A stretch of 63,123 nucleotides of DNA, the filler included, from Reticulomyxa filosa (lineage: Eukaryota > Protista > Foraminifera): assembly GCA_000512085.1 (NCBI GenBank). It is 19 parts of 19 records of this genome, joined end to end, with 100 filler letters (N's around TTAATTAATTAA, not from the genome) between each part and the next. Parts side by side here need not be neighbours in the genome. Positions count along the whole stretch, not along the records: positions 10,438 to 22,245 come from ASPP01004939.1; positions 22,346 to 28,274 come from ASPP01010005.1; 17 more parts are not named here. One strand, 5' to 3'. The first letter of the stretch is position 1, and each line of letters begins with the position of its first letter. The notes beneath the pieces were generated by a model. The model was given only the letters and a program-made list of their open reading frames with translations. It was not told the DNA's origin and did not search any database. The translations under genes were made by a program, and so were the position numbers. Positions 12,556 to 25,400 of the stretch are shown here, in pieces.

Positions 12556-13463
12556 TCACATGAAATGAAACCACAAAAAAAGTAAGATAACAACAATTAA
12601 CAGCATACAAAAAAATAAAATCCAGTCATCTTGAGTTCTTTTCATATATCTTCCTACATATGCGTTTGCAAAGCCGAAACAGTTGTCATCATCAAGTTTT
12701 TTGTGTAGTCTCGTTCGCAGCGTTTTGAAGCCAAACATGCTACTCAAACTTGTCCAAGCCGCCAATGCCGAACTAACAATGCTATTAGAGGATTCATCAA
12801 CTCTTGCACACTGTGTTTTCGAAGCTACCCCTGTCATGGCATTGTTCAATAGTTTCCCTTTGGAATTCTCTATCCTTATGCGTCTTCGATGGTGGTTAAG
12901 TGCAGTGTCAGTTGATCTCTTGACCTTTTGCCACTTGTCGCAGTCCCATTGTTCAATCAACCCACACGTTCGTTTTTTTTTTAAGGATTGTCCAAGTGTA
13001 TTTGATACTATTCCTCTCCCTCCCTTTCCTCCTTCTCTTTTGTTTCATTGACTGCAATAAACAAAAGTCAACAAGTATTTCAACAAACATGTTGCTGCAA
13101 GGACTGCAACTCTGCTTTGTCTTGTGCACCATTGTCAGATGATGAATACGCAACCAGCTGTGGCAAACAATCCATTCCTTGTTTGATCTCATGGTACGCA
13201 TTGTTTATGTCTTTTGAAATTACTTCAAACTGTGCACTTGTCATAGCCCCGTTTAACAGATTCCTTTGCTTTTCGACCCAATCGATTATTTCTTTCACAT
13301 TCGCTTCGCCACTGCTAAATGACAAACTGATGAAATCATCGTGCAATCTTGGTATTCCAGAAATTTGTTGTGGGCTGTTGTCAACAAACGACGTTTTTTT
13401 GGAAGTAAAACGGTTATATACGCCAGGCCGCCTTGAAACAGTTGAATAATCGCTTGGATGCAT
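12556..13463 (-). CDS. Tail-anchored membrane protein, possibly a divergent syntaxin/SNARE; one probable intron ~13085-13008
   Basis: Two successive minus-strand ORFs, helical N-terminal part, single C-terminal TM (WILFFCMLLIVVILLFLWF). The family call is weak. Confidence 0.45.
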
Positions 13464-14962
13464 TGAATTATTTTCACGTTAATATTTTTTCAAATAAAAA
13501 ATGCACGGGTCGCGTTCGCGGCTTTTTACTTAAAAAAGTCCAACAGGAAACACAATGCAGCACGTAGATTTTTTAATTTACTAAAGAGTGTTACTATTGC
13601 TTAATTGATCATCCACTACATTCATAGTTAGCTATTGCTAGTTTTGTAATCTTCAGGATTTTTGCTTTTGAACTGACTTTTAAAATATTATTTCTATTGT
13701 AGTTGTTGTAATTTTGTAAGGTTTCGATATTGACTTACAAAGACATAAAACGATAAAATTATATGATTTTTTTTGTGATTTTTCTTCAAGAATTTCACTT
13801 TTAAAACTACATATAAAACGGATAATGTGCTTTACTTTTAAAAAAATATTCAAAAAGAAAAAAGGAAAGTATATAATCAATATTGAAAAAATTCATTAAT
13901 GGTTTACTGTAATTTGTAATGGAGAGATTTTATAGATCATTTTACGTCTTCGCATGAATGATATTATTATTAAGAATATTCATGTTACAACGCTATTTTT
14001 TATATTTTCGTTTTGTAAATATTCCAAAGACGTTACCAATTGTATGTTTTCCCGATTGCATGCAATATACATTTTCGTATCGAAGCTTGTTATTGTATAT
14101 ACTTGGTTGCACAACAGTATATATTTTTTCAAACTTGATGAAGTCAATTATAACGTTCTTTTCAATTATGTTATCTTTATGTACAATGTTATTAACGTCG
14201 TGCTCACTTGCATTATTTCATTTGTCCTTTTTTCATTTGTATGTAAGTATTGCCATATTGTATGATTTTTTTTAAAAAATTAAAAAAAGATTTTATCATA
14301 ATACTTAGCGTGAAAGTAAAAATCTACAGATATTATATTAGTGTGGAGTTAGATATCATAGTCACAAAACAGAAAATATCAAGATAGAAAGATTATATTC
14401 AGACGACAACTAGCAATATCAAAGTACAATACATGAAAACAGTAATCCAGTATATGCATGTAGATGACAAGCATTTTAATAATTGGTAATCCTATATTGA
14501 GACGAAAAAGATTACTGAATGTGTTTATACTATACAGAAGCAGCAAACAAAAGGCAGAAAGTAACTAACATGATACAAATCGAATAATATGGAAAACAAA
14601 ACGAAACATATTCGTACTCATCGTGCAAGTTGTATTCCTGAATTCCTTTTGTAGACAAATAACTTGTAAAATATTATTCAATTTAAAGAAGCTCATACAA
14701 GAAATTTTATTTTAATATGCTTGATTATGATACTTTTATCTTCTTTAATATAACAACTGCAACTATTGAAAGATTCGCTTGTTTTATGCTTTTTGGGTTT
14801 TGAATTGTGTGCGATTTTCCGTGCTTTATCTCGATGTTTGACTGTGAATGCTTATAAAATATTAACTATTTTAAAGAAAATGTTATGTTGTGCAGTGTTA
14901 TCTGAAAACGTGAGTTGAACGTTTCAAGGAATTTGGTAAGTTTTTTTTTATGCATAAAAAAA

Positions 14963-17900
14963 ATGCTTTCTCGTTTGTTGAATTTGAGCATTGTGCAAAA
15001 AGTATCAAGTGAACTGGAAAACCATGTAGGTATTGGTGACCAAGATTTAGCAGAATTTATAATTGAATTGAAACGCCAGTCTTCTACAGCGGCAGAGTTT
15101 GAAAAAAAGTTACAAGAGAAAGGAGGAGATGAGTTTGATGCCTCTTTCATTCAAAGTTTGTGGCGAATCATTGAAGCAATGACTCCAAGACATCAAAGCA
15201 CAGCCACAGAGAATGAAAGGCCATCAAAAATGGAAGCGATTGCAAAAAAGAACGCTCACACAAAGGCAGATGAAAGCATATCATCTATAAAATCATTCAA
15301 TCATCACGTTACTAATGACGAAGATGAATATCAGCCATCCTATGCAGAGTTGAATGCTTTATTTCTGCACTTTTCCATAATGACACTCGGTCATGTTTTT
15401 GACAAAAGTCCAAGGGCCTTTTTTTTAAAAGTTTACATTCCCCCCTGACTTTCTTAAAAGTAAAGCTAATTTTCCGAGGAGTTCTGAACTCGGGATATTT
15501 TTTAATGATAGCAAAAAAAACAATGTGATTATATATAAGCACATTAGCAAGAATAAACATCTCTGTGAATATGTGAAATGGTACAGAGTAGCAGGACCAC
15601 TGACATCGACGGAAAACACGTCAAAGTTTGCATGTCTGAACATTCCAAACTCGCATCCAATTCGTGCGGAAAAGATATCCACGAAGGAAAAGGAAGCGCA
15701 TGAAAAAGAACTGAATGCACATAGGGATATTTACGAACGCGACAACAACGTCGACAGCAATGTGCAACAACAAGAAAGGAGTCATCCATTGAATGAGGAT
15801 AAATTGTCAGGAGAAAAAGAAAGAGAGAGAGAAAAAGGAAAGCACCGGCGTGGATCGAATTCCAGTCCAAGCAGAAGCCAAAGTCATGAAAGTGGCCATA
15901 GTCGTAGTGGCAGTTATAATCGAAGCTACAGTCGCAGTCGCAATCGAAGTCGAAGTCGAAGTCGTAGTCGTAGTCGTGGACGTGGCCGACACGAAGACAA
16001 ACACACAAAACAGCGAACTCGTGGACATAACACCAGAAACAAGGCCAGTGATACTGACGTCGATCCCGACAGACACATTTCAGGAAAAAATGGGGATAAT
16101 GCAAACTCAAAGTCGGAACGAAGAAGTCGATGGGGAGATAGCAAGGCCACAGTGTCGAGTCCAGAAAAAGGAAGAGAGAAAGAAAAGGAGGACGAGGAAG
16201 TAATAAAGTACAAAATCTACGACGGCATCGTCGATAGTGTCCGAGACTTTGGTGTGTTTGTAACGTTGAAAGGGGTGCGTGGCTCAACAGGGACAAAAGT
16301 GACCGGATTAGTGCACCGCAATTTCGTGACTGCAGACACACCCGTGCCGATTGTAAGCAATTACGTGAAACGAGGAATGCAAGTGAAAGTGAAAGTGATC
16401 ACCAATACCAACGGCAAGATAAGTTTGTCCATGCGATCAGTCGATCAAAGGACTGGTCAAGACATGGCACCTCGACCCAATCAATCGCATTTGTCTTTGT
16501 CCGACGAAACCAAAGATCAACACCATCATTTATCGTCCTCTTCCGTCTCTGCGTCTGCATCGTCACGTGACGGGGTCGTGCTCGACGATGCCAGAGACAA
16601 TCCCTCCAGGCCCATTGCTGGCAGATTCGATCGACAGCGCTCTGACGAAGAGGACGACGAAACGCAGCATCGTAGGCGCGTGTCTTCGCCCGAACGCTGG
16701 GAAATTCGACAATTGCAAAGTGCTGGTGTGTGGGAACCTGAAGACGATCCCAACTATGATGCCGACACAGGGGTGCTCGAAACCAATTTGGAACCCGAAC
16801 AAGAGCTGGATATCGAATTGAATGAACACGAACCTGCGTTTTTGCGGGGACAAACCTCACTGTCTTCCGAAGTGGAACCAGTCAAGGTTGTCAAAAATCC
16901 TGATGGATCTTTGCAACGTGCAGCATTATTGTCCAGCGCTATGGCTAAAGAGCGTCGCGAGATTCGCGATGCCAAAATGAAGCAAGAAACAGATTCTGTC
17001 CCCGTCAATCTGAGCAAGTCGTGGGTCGACCCTATCTCTTTTGAGCATGATCGAGTCTTTGCGCAGCAATTAAGAAATATGGGTCAAGGACCTACCAATA
17101 TACCCGAATGGAAGAGGGCCACCAGTGGACGTAATTTTGCACTTGGTATGTAATTATTTTTTTAAATTTGTCAAACAAAATTAAATCAAATCTTTTTTCT
17201 TACACAAATGAATAGGCATGTCCAGAAATATCCCAATCCAAGAACAACGAAGAAGTTTGCCGATCTACAAATTCAAGAACGAGTTATTGAAGGCAGTGAA
17301 AGAAAACGACATATTAGTGGTGATTGGACAGACGGGGAGTGGCAAGACGACACAAATTACGCAGTATTTGGCCGAGACAGGATACGCGAGCTACGGTGCG
17401 ATCGGCTGCACACAGCCTCGACGAGTGGCGGCGATGAGTGTCGCACAACGCGTTTCGGAAGAGTACGGATGTCGATTGGGCCAAGAAGTGGGCTATTCGA
17501 TTCGATTTGAGGATTGCACGAGTCCAGATACTATTATCAAGTACATGACAGATGGTATGTTATTGCGTGAATGCCTGTTAGACGTCAATTTGAAGCGCTA
17601 TTCAGTGATCATGTTGGACGAGGCGCACGAGCGCGCTATCAACACCGATGTGATGTTTGCTTTGCTGAAGCAATGTGTGATGCGAAGAAACAAGCTCAAA
17701 AGTGACAGTCCTAACAATGAGAATGGCAGTGAAAAAGAAGACAACGCTACAGATGCGGAAAATGATGAACCACAGTGCAAACCATTGAAATTGATTATCA
17801 CATCGGCCACCTTGGATGCCGAAAAGTTTTCCACTTATTTCAATCATTGCCCCATTTTCACCATTCCAGGAAGACTCTATCCTGTTACTATTTTGTACAG

Positions 17901-19404
17901 TCGACAATCGGATCCGGACTACTTGGAGGCCGCCTTGATCACCGTTTTGAATATTCACTTGAGCGAGCCCATGGGGATATTTTGGTATTTTTGACTGGCA
18001 AAGAGGAGATTGACACTGCTTGTGAAATCTTGTTCGAGCGATGTCAACAACTGAAAGGCTCTCCTCCCTTAATTATTCTTCCCGTCTACAGTGCATTGCC
18101 CAGTGAAATGCAAACGCGAATCTTTGAACCTGCACCGGATGGCACTCGCAAATGTGTGGTCGCCACCAATATTGCCGAGGCTTCCTTGACCATTGACGGT
18201 ATTTATTATGTCGTCGATCCTGGATTTGTGAAACAACAGGTTTACAATCCCAAGTTGCGAATGAACTCTTTGGTTATTACGCCGATTTCACAAAACTCGG
18301 CCAATCAAAGAGCTGGTCGAGCCGGTCGAACTGGGCCTGGGAAATGCTTCCGCTTATACACACAAGCTGCTTATAAAAATGAAATGCTAAAAGCCACTGT
18401 TCCTGAAATTCAAAGAACCAACTTGGGAAACGTCGTACTGACATTGAAGGCCTTGGGTATCAATAATTTATTGTCATTCGATTTTATGGATCCTCCCAAT
18501 CCTGCAACCCTGGTCAGTGCCATGCAACAGCTATATAATTTGGGCTCTTTGGATGAGGAAGGCCTTCTCACGAGATTGGGTCGTCGCATGGCAGAGTTTC
18601 CGTTAGAACCCCAATTGAGCAAAATCTTAATTGCCGCTGTTGATCTGCGCTGTGCTGAAGAAGTACTCACTGTCGTTGCTATGCTTCAAGCCGATAATAT
18701 TTGGTTTCGGCCACGCGAAAAGCAAGCTGTTGCTGATCAAAGGAGAGCCAGATTTTTCCAACCCGAAGGTGATCACATCACTTTGTTACATGTATTTGAA
18801 GCCTGGAAAGAAGCAAAATACAGTAATCCTTGGTGCAGAAATAATTACATTCAAGCCAGGGCCATGCGACATGCCTTGGATGTCCGGTATGGACTTTTTC
18901 TTCCATTATTTGCATGCACCTTTCTATTTATGTGTACGTATTTTTTAAAGTTATTTATTTCTTTGTTTATTTCAATGATTCAGAAAACAATTAATTGCAA
19001 TAATGGATCGATATGGATTAGAAGTTGAATCATGCAAAAAAAACTATGTTCGAGTACGCAAAGCCATTGCCAGCGGTTACTTTATGCATTCCGCACGCAA
19101 AGATCCTCAAGAAGGCTACAAAACTTTGGTTGAAGGCCAACCTGCTTACATTCACCCGTCAAGTGCTTTGTTCAATCATCAACCGGATTATTTGATATTT
19201 CATAATTTGGTGTTGACAAGCAAAGAGTATATGCGGGAATGTATGGTCATTGAACCTAAGTGGCTTATTGAGTTAGCTCCGAGATTTTTCAAGAAAGCTG
19301 ATCCAATCCGCTTGTCTCGTAGAAAACGAAGAGAAAAAATTGAACCTCTTTATGATAGATATGCAGAGCCTAATGCGTGGAGATTGTCAAGAAGACGATA
19401 TTAA
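14963..19404 (+). CDS. DHX8: Spliceosomal DEAH-box helicase Prp22/DHX8. Introns 15349-15586, 17146-17215, 18887-18983; 1-nt frameshift at the G-run 17973-17976.
   Basis: N-terminal [23 protein letters not shown] domain, S1 domain ([15 protein letters not shown]), [35 protein letters not shown]-terminal [19 protein letters not shown]. Confidence 0.97.
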
Positions 19405-19739
19405 TTGCAATTTTTTGATATTACTTGCTGTGTCCATTATCTTTTGTTTGTTAGGCTTTATTGTGTGGTTGTTGCTTCAATCAAATTCGGAATATCATAA
19501 CAAAAAGTTTCACTGTCTCCAAAATTTTAAATCAAACGTTGTGTCAACATTTCGAACTGGCAATTTTCTTATCTTATAATTAATTTTTTCTTACTACAAA
19601 AAGATTAGTTGTTTCAGTCATTGCCAAAACAAATGTATATTATAATGGACAAACACAAAATAAAGAATAAGTACTATTTAATTTGGATCATTGAAAAAGA
19701 AGTTATTACAGCAGAATTATTTTAGTAATTGGAAAACAG

Positions 19740-20100
19740 ATTGTAATGAACTTGACATCAATTCGAGCAATCTACAAATCATATTCAACATCAAAGCGAA
19801 TTTGTTATAATCTAAGATTGAAATGCAAAATATTGAAACTTGGAATTTTAGTTGTGATAATGGAAAGTATTTCGTTAAGATTGACAAGTCACATTATAAT
19901 GGTAGATGTTACATTGAAACAATGTTCACTATGTGAAAAAAATCATTTTAACCTTTCATCATCGATACAAGTTGTATTTTGAAGGAAATTTAAGATATAT
20001 TGTAACATATAACAGTATTTAAAAGAATTTTGAAGAATATATTTAAAGATTTGCAACTATTTTCGCCGCAGCATTTATGTCGAAAGTAGCAACAAATACC
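19740..20100 (+). mobile_element. Possible highly decayed non-LTR retrotransposon 3' fragment
   Basis: Remnant reading ...CKILK...RLTSH...QCSLCEK resembles the Cys-containing C-terminus of LINE ORF2; heavily disrupted. Confidence 0.3.
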
Positions 20101-21189
20101 AAAGAAAGGAAAATTATGAAAATTAATCTTTTTTTACTAGTAAAATTTTTTATACGTTAAAATTTCATATATCAGATATTGCAATATTGCGCAAGCTTAA
20201 ATATAAAAAAACAACACGCTTGCTAATATATGACTCAAACTTTGTCGGTTGACATTGAGATTTAAAAGAAATGCATTAGCACCAAGTGTTAAATATCAAA
20301 ATGTAAATTTGTCGCATAATCGAAAAAAGGCAATCCAAAGTTGGAAAAAAGAAGAAAGACAGCTTATATGCCGGAAATCAGGACAAGAATCAAAGAAAAG
20401 GCCAAAGTCCTTGACAATTGATCAAATAAAAAAAAATTAAAATTCACTGGTTCATCAGTTGACTTATATTTCAAAAGAAAGAAGAGAATAATAATTGTAT
20501 CGATAATCGCTGAAACATCAATATTTCGAAGTCCAAAGATTAGATATCTGGAGATGTTGAAAGAGTTTTCTCAAGCAGCTAGCCAATATAAATCCCGACC
20601 AGAAAATTTTTCAAACTAATTTTTTTTATGGATTTTCTTGATAGTCTGTTCTTTCTTTAAGTAAGCAATTGGTGGAGAAGTAATCTTATAATAAATTCAA
20701 ACGAGTTGTTGAGATGATTGGCTATAGTAATGATATCTTAACATATAGAACGAGTACTATGTTAAGGTAAAAGGATATTTTAATAAATGCTTTTTTTTAT
20801 GATAGGTTGCAGTGGAGATGTGTAAAGAGTCAGACTACTATATAGCTTCGGCATTAACTCGCAATGCAATATATACTTGCATAAACTAGATTTTTCCAGT
20901 TAAAAGAGCATATTGTTCTAAGAAATAGAACAGTATTCAAAAAAGAAACACAAAAAACAAGAAAGACACAAAATCTTACACGACCAAAAGGCCCATGCAA
21001 AAATAGACTATAATCTTTGGATATCATATAAATATCATGCAATCCAATTTTGACTGTAATTAACCAGCAAATGATCTTGCGTTCACTAAATGTAAATGAA
21101 TGTAATACAGTCTTCTCAAAGACTGATATTCCAAGACAACAATGACACAATATTTTCTGTCTAACTTGATTGCAGTCTATTTACAATGA

Positions 21190-21560
21190 AAAAAAATATA
21201 TATCACCTTCATCATTAATATTAACTTTTCTTAAAAAGTTGTATTTTGAAAGAGATTGAGGTTGGAAGTGTCAAGATAATTAGACATCTCTTAAATTTTG
21301 AAGGAGATTTTGAAGTCAAGTAAAGTATTTCAAACGTCGTATAGTCCAAGAAAGTTCGGGACCAATAAAGAAACAAAGAAAATTATAACTAAAAAATTTT
21401 TAACTAGTAAACAATTTTTTTTATAGTGATATAAAGATTTTTCTATAGTAGTTGGATTTTGTGAGATTGTACTGGAGTGTGACTTTAAACTATTTTGTTA
21501 CCCTTTGGCAACGTTTTTTGTTTCAGTTCATTTTTTGGGGGGTTTCGTCGTCGGTTCAGA
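21190..21560 (+). repeat. Dispersed repeat (probable LINE 5' region), related to 51795-51910 and 62985-63123
   Basis: Shared blocks: ATATTAACTTTT.TTAAAAAGTTGTATTTTGAA.GAGAT (21217, 51809); GGGGGT.TCGTC..GGTTCAG (21537, 51888); TTTTTATAGTGAT...TATAGTAGTTG.ATTTTGTGA.ATTGT (21418, 63044). Confidence 0.75.
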
Positions 21561-21599
21561 ATCTAGTGTGTACTTCGAGAGGTGGAAGTGCTTTAAAAC

Positions 21600-22245
21600 T
21601 TACAGCGTATCTTGTGTACGAATACGCCAACGATCGTCATCACTACAATCAAGTCCAAAGAACTTAAATCAGCAACATCGGTGATTAAGTTCATTGGATT
21701 AAGAAACAAGAATGCGTTGTCCAGAAGAGTATTATCGCATACATTTTCTGAAAATTTTCGGACATTATTTGTTCATTTTGCAGTTGATGTTAATGAGATC
21801 ATTTAATGAAGATAATGCTCCAGAGATCTATTGGATTAAAGGTCATTCTGGTATTCCTGGAAATGATAAAGTGGATCTTGTTGCAAATAATGATCGCAAG
21901 AAAGCTAAGCGATTGCAACCAGATTTGATTCAACAGCATAAATCAGCGGCATTCCTGAATAATCATGGATTGAATCACTCCTTTACAGTGCTCTTTTAAC
22001 TAGAAAGACTTGAGTTTATGTAGGTAAAAAAAAATATTTACAATGTCTGTTCATTGCTGTGTAAAGAATGGAATCTATGAATATTCAGGAATGCCCCTGA
22101 TCTATATTGTTGAATTGCTAAGCTTTTTGCGAGCATTATTTGCAATGATATTTAATCCGATATGATTAAAAACTATCAATACAATCCAATTTAAATTCAC
22201 TATAAAAACAAAAGAAAGACACACAAAATCTTACAATAACCAAAA
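21600..22245 (+). mobile_element. Degenerate non-LTR retrotransposon RNase H / 3' end fragment
   Basis: IYWIKGHSGIPGNDKVDLVA is the RNase H C-terminal motif. The tail AAGAAAGACAC..AAAATCTTACA..ACCAAA also occurs at ~20958-20989. Confidence 0.8.
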
Positions 22246-22492
22246 NNNNNNNNNNNNNNNNNNNNNNNNNNNNNNNNNNNNNNNNNNNNTTAATTAATTA
22301 ANNNNNNNNNNNNNNNNNNNNNNNNNNNNNNNNNNNNNNNNNNNNTTTTTTAATGATCAATGGCGATTGGGGGATAATATATATACATATATATATATAT
22401 ACATACACTCCATTGAACAATTAACAAATAAAATGCAAATGCACATGCAAGTATGAATATGCAAACAAATGAAATGAAATGCACTGCAACAG

Positions 22493-25400
22493 ACCTATAT
22501 CCAAACGTTCAAATTTGTACACATGGATTACGTGTGGACGCGACTGTCGCAGACGTTGACGATCACAGTAACACTGGACGCGATCATCCAAGATAACACA
22601 GATATGAAAAGCGCGTGGGAGCAGTACAAAAAAATGATTGGCTATGTCCGTGGCATTCCTGAAAAGTTTTTTTTTTTAAAATCTTTATTCACATCATTGC
22701 ATATATGAATATATATGCAATGATGTGAATATAAATGATCCAACACTTATAGAATGGGCATAAGCGGCAACGACGACAAATTAAACGACTTCCAACACCA
22801 AATGATGGAATTGGAAAACAGTATTTTGAAAGGTACGATCTACGAACGATGCATCCAACAGAAATTTGGAGTGATAAGCAAAGTGCCGTACCACTTGGCC
22901 AAAACCTACGAGGCGTTTCAAAAGCAGAGCCAAACGGACAAAGAAGAGGCGCTAAAGCAGGAAAAAAAACTTGCACAAGAAATGGAAAAGGTCACCGTCA
23001 ACCGTGCCTTGTACGAAGAAGTGCTGCATCACTTGCGATACACGAAAACGAGAATCCGAAACGAGTTGGAAAAACAAAAGGAGTTCCATCATCGCGACGC
23101 TATTGTCGATATGTTTGCTTTGTACGGTTTGGTCAATTTTGTCTTCAAACACGTTTCGCATCAAGATAAAGTGTTTTACAAAGAATGTTTGGAGTATTCA
23201 AAAAAAGTTGGGTTCATATTTGTTGTTATTTAATTATATATATATATATATATATATGTATACATATATGTATATGAATATATTATTGATATCGTGAATA
23301 TACATCTAACTTTATAATAGGGTACCCTTAGTTCATTTGACAGGACGTGCTACGTGGTATCTGTCCGACTTTGTACAAAAGTTTATCCCTTACATTGGAA
23401 AAGAGAAAGAACTAGATCCGCAACCTTCCAAGATCATTGAATTCCGCAGAGGCTTTTTGCAAGCATTTGATGATCAATTCAATGAGTTTTGTCTTTTTTT
23501 TTTCCCCACTCACATATACAAATATGTTTATGCATATGTATGTATGTATTTATGTATGAATCATAGCTATGTTCAACATTTGTATATTAAAATGTGCGAA
23601 TGGATGATTCAATGGGATACTGATACTTCAGTTTTGTTTTATTATTATTGTTATTATTATTATTATTATTATTTAACTCAAAACAATACATACATAAATA
23701 TGCAATATATAAATGTAAATATATATATATATATACATTTATGTAACAAAAAATAGAGCGAAAAAGATATAATGGTAACATTGCGGAAAGAAACGCACTT
23801 GTTGATCGACGGCCTGGTATTGGCATCGCAAATCCAAAACACACTGACCACGCAGCTGTTTTTGCATTTGAACTTGGAAGTGAACTTCCGACAGGGGAAC
23901 TTACGCAGCTTGAGTGTGTGCGGAGAGTTGTTGAAATCCATCGAAGGAGCGTTTCATCGCAAAGCAAAGCGATTGTCTGCGAATGTTTCGTACATGTTGA
24001 CCGTCATTGCATTTTCCTTACAAAAGACATTCGACACGTATAAAAAAAAAATTGCACAAGTGCAAAGGCCTTCCACTGTTGAAGTTTGGATTTTTTTATT
24101 TTTTTTTATTTTTTTTAAAAAAAAAAAAAAAAAAAGATTTATTGTATATGCAATATATACATATACTATACATATACATTATATATATAATATATATATA
24201 TGTATATGTATGTATATGTATATATTGCATATACAATAAATCAATAATGTAGATGGATTGTCTCGCAGCCTTAGGATTATGTTCGAAGCTGCTAAACACG
24301 GCGCCAACGTTGTCGCGATTAGTGGTGCTGAACATTTCGTCGTGCATTTGCGCGATGAGTAATATAATGCGTGACGACGTGGACAAGGTGAAGTACACAT
24401 TATGGAAGTTAGACACGGTTGCGAATTGGCAGCATTATTTGCGGAAAGTGACAGATTGCAGTGTGTTCTATTGGGCGCTGAGTTTCATTCCCAACGTGTT
24501 GCGGGACATCTTTGACACGCCAGACAACGCCTATCGCTTGCCGGCCGTGTTCGGCTATTTGAACGACTCGGTTCCCATGCTGAAGCAAAATGCGCACGAG
24601 GAGGATCCGGAACATGTGTTCCAGGTATATTCCGAAGATGTGCTTGGCTACTTGGACAAAGAGATCATCAACGAGCTTTGCAATGCGATCGAAAATGACT
24701 TGCGATTGCAAGTGATGAACATGATCAACGAGAGACATGCATTTGCGTCCAAAAGTGGAGGTCGGACCAGCACGGCGGCGAACATGAATGACTTTTTGCG
24801 AATCCAAAGGAGCGGCAGTGTCATCGACACCACGGCCTCCATTGCTCCTTCGTCCAACAACACGCCTCGTGGCAATACGTCGTCGTCGTCGTCGTCGTCG
24901 TCGTCGGCGTCGAACTTGCCCAATGCCAACAGCGCCAACAAAGGTGGCATCACTGGGGTCGTCGGTACAGAGTACTATCAGTCGAGAAAAGACTATGGCA
25001 AATTCATTTTGTTAAAGCCGTTCCGCGTTTTGAATGAGCTCGTCGATATCAAAAAAAGAGTCGAGCATTATCTCAATAAGACATTTTACAACATGGCTAC
25101 TGTTGTTACGTATAAAAAAAAAAAAGCATTGGAATATATCATATACATATATATATATAAATATATATATATGTATATGATATATTCCAATGGTTTTTTC
25201 ATTTGTTTGTTTGTTTAGGCATTACACCAATGGGAAGTGTATGCGGAAATGAAAAGTCTAGCCAAGAAAAAATACGGACTGGACTTGGTGGAAACCCATT
25301 TGCCCACACAATCGCACTTCAGCGAGGGCCTGGACGTGCTGGAGGTGATGCGGAACATTCACTTGTTTGTATCGCGTTACAACTACAATTTGAACATGCA

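Noticed and set aside
13680-14800. Short hydrophobic ORFs in AT-rich intergenic DNA (also 58835-60365)
   Set aside because: No motifs; composition is what random AT-rich sequence gives.
17971-17978. Programmed frameshifting or RNA editing (Prp22, CoA-transferase 46918, WD40 33943, PHD 4890, USP 43840, OMT 61053)
   Set aside because: Each is fixed by adding one base to a homopolymer, typical of pyrosequencing under-calls; reads would be needed to claim more.
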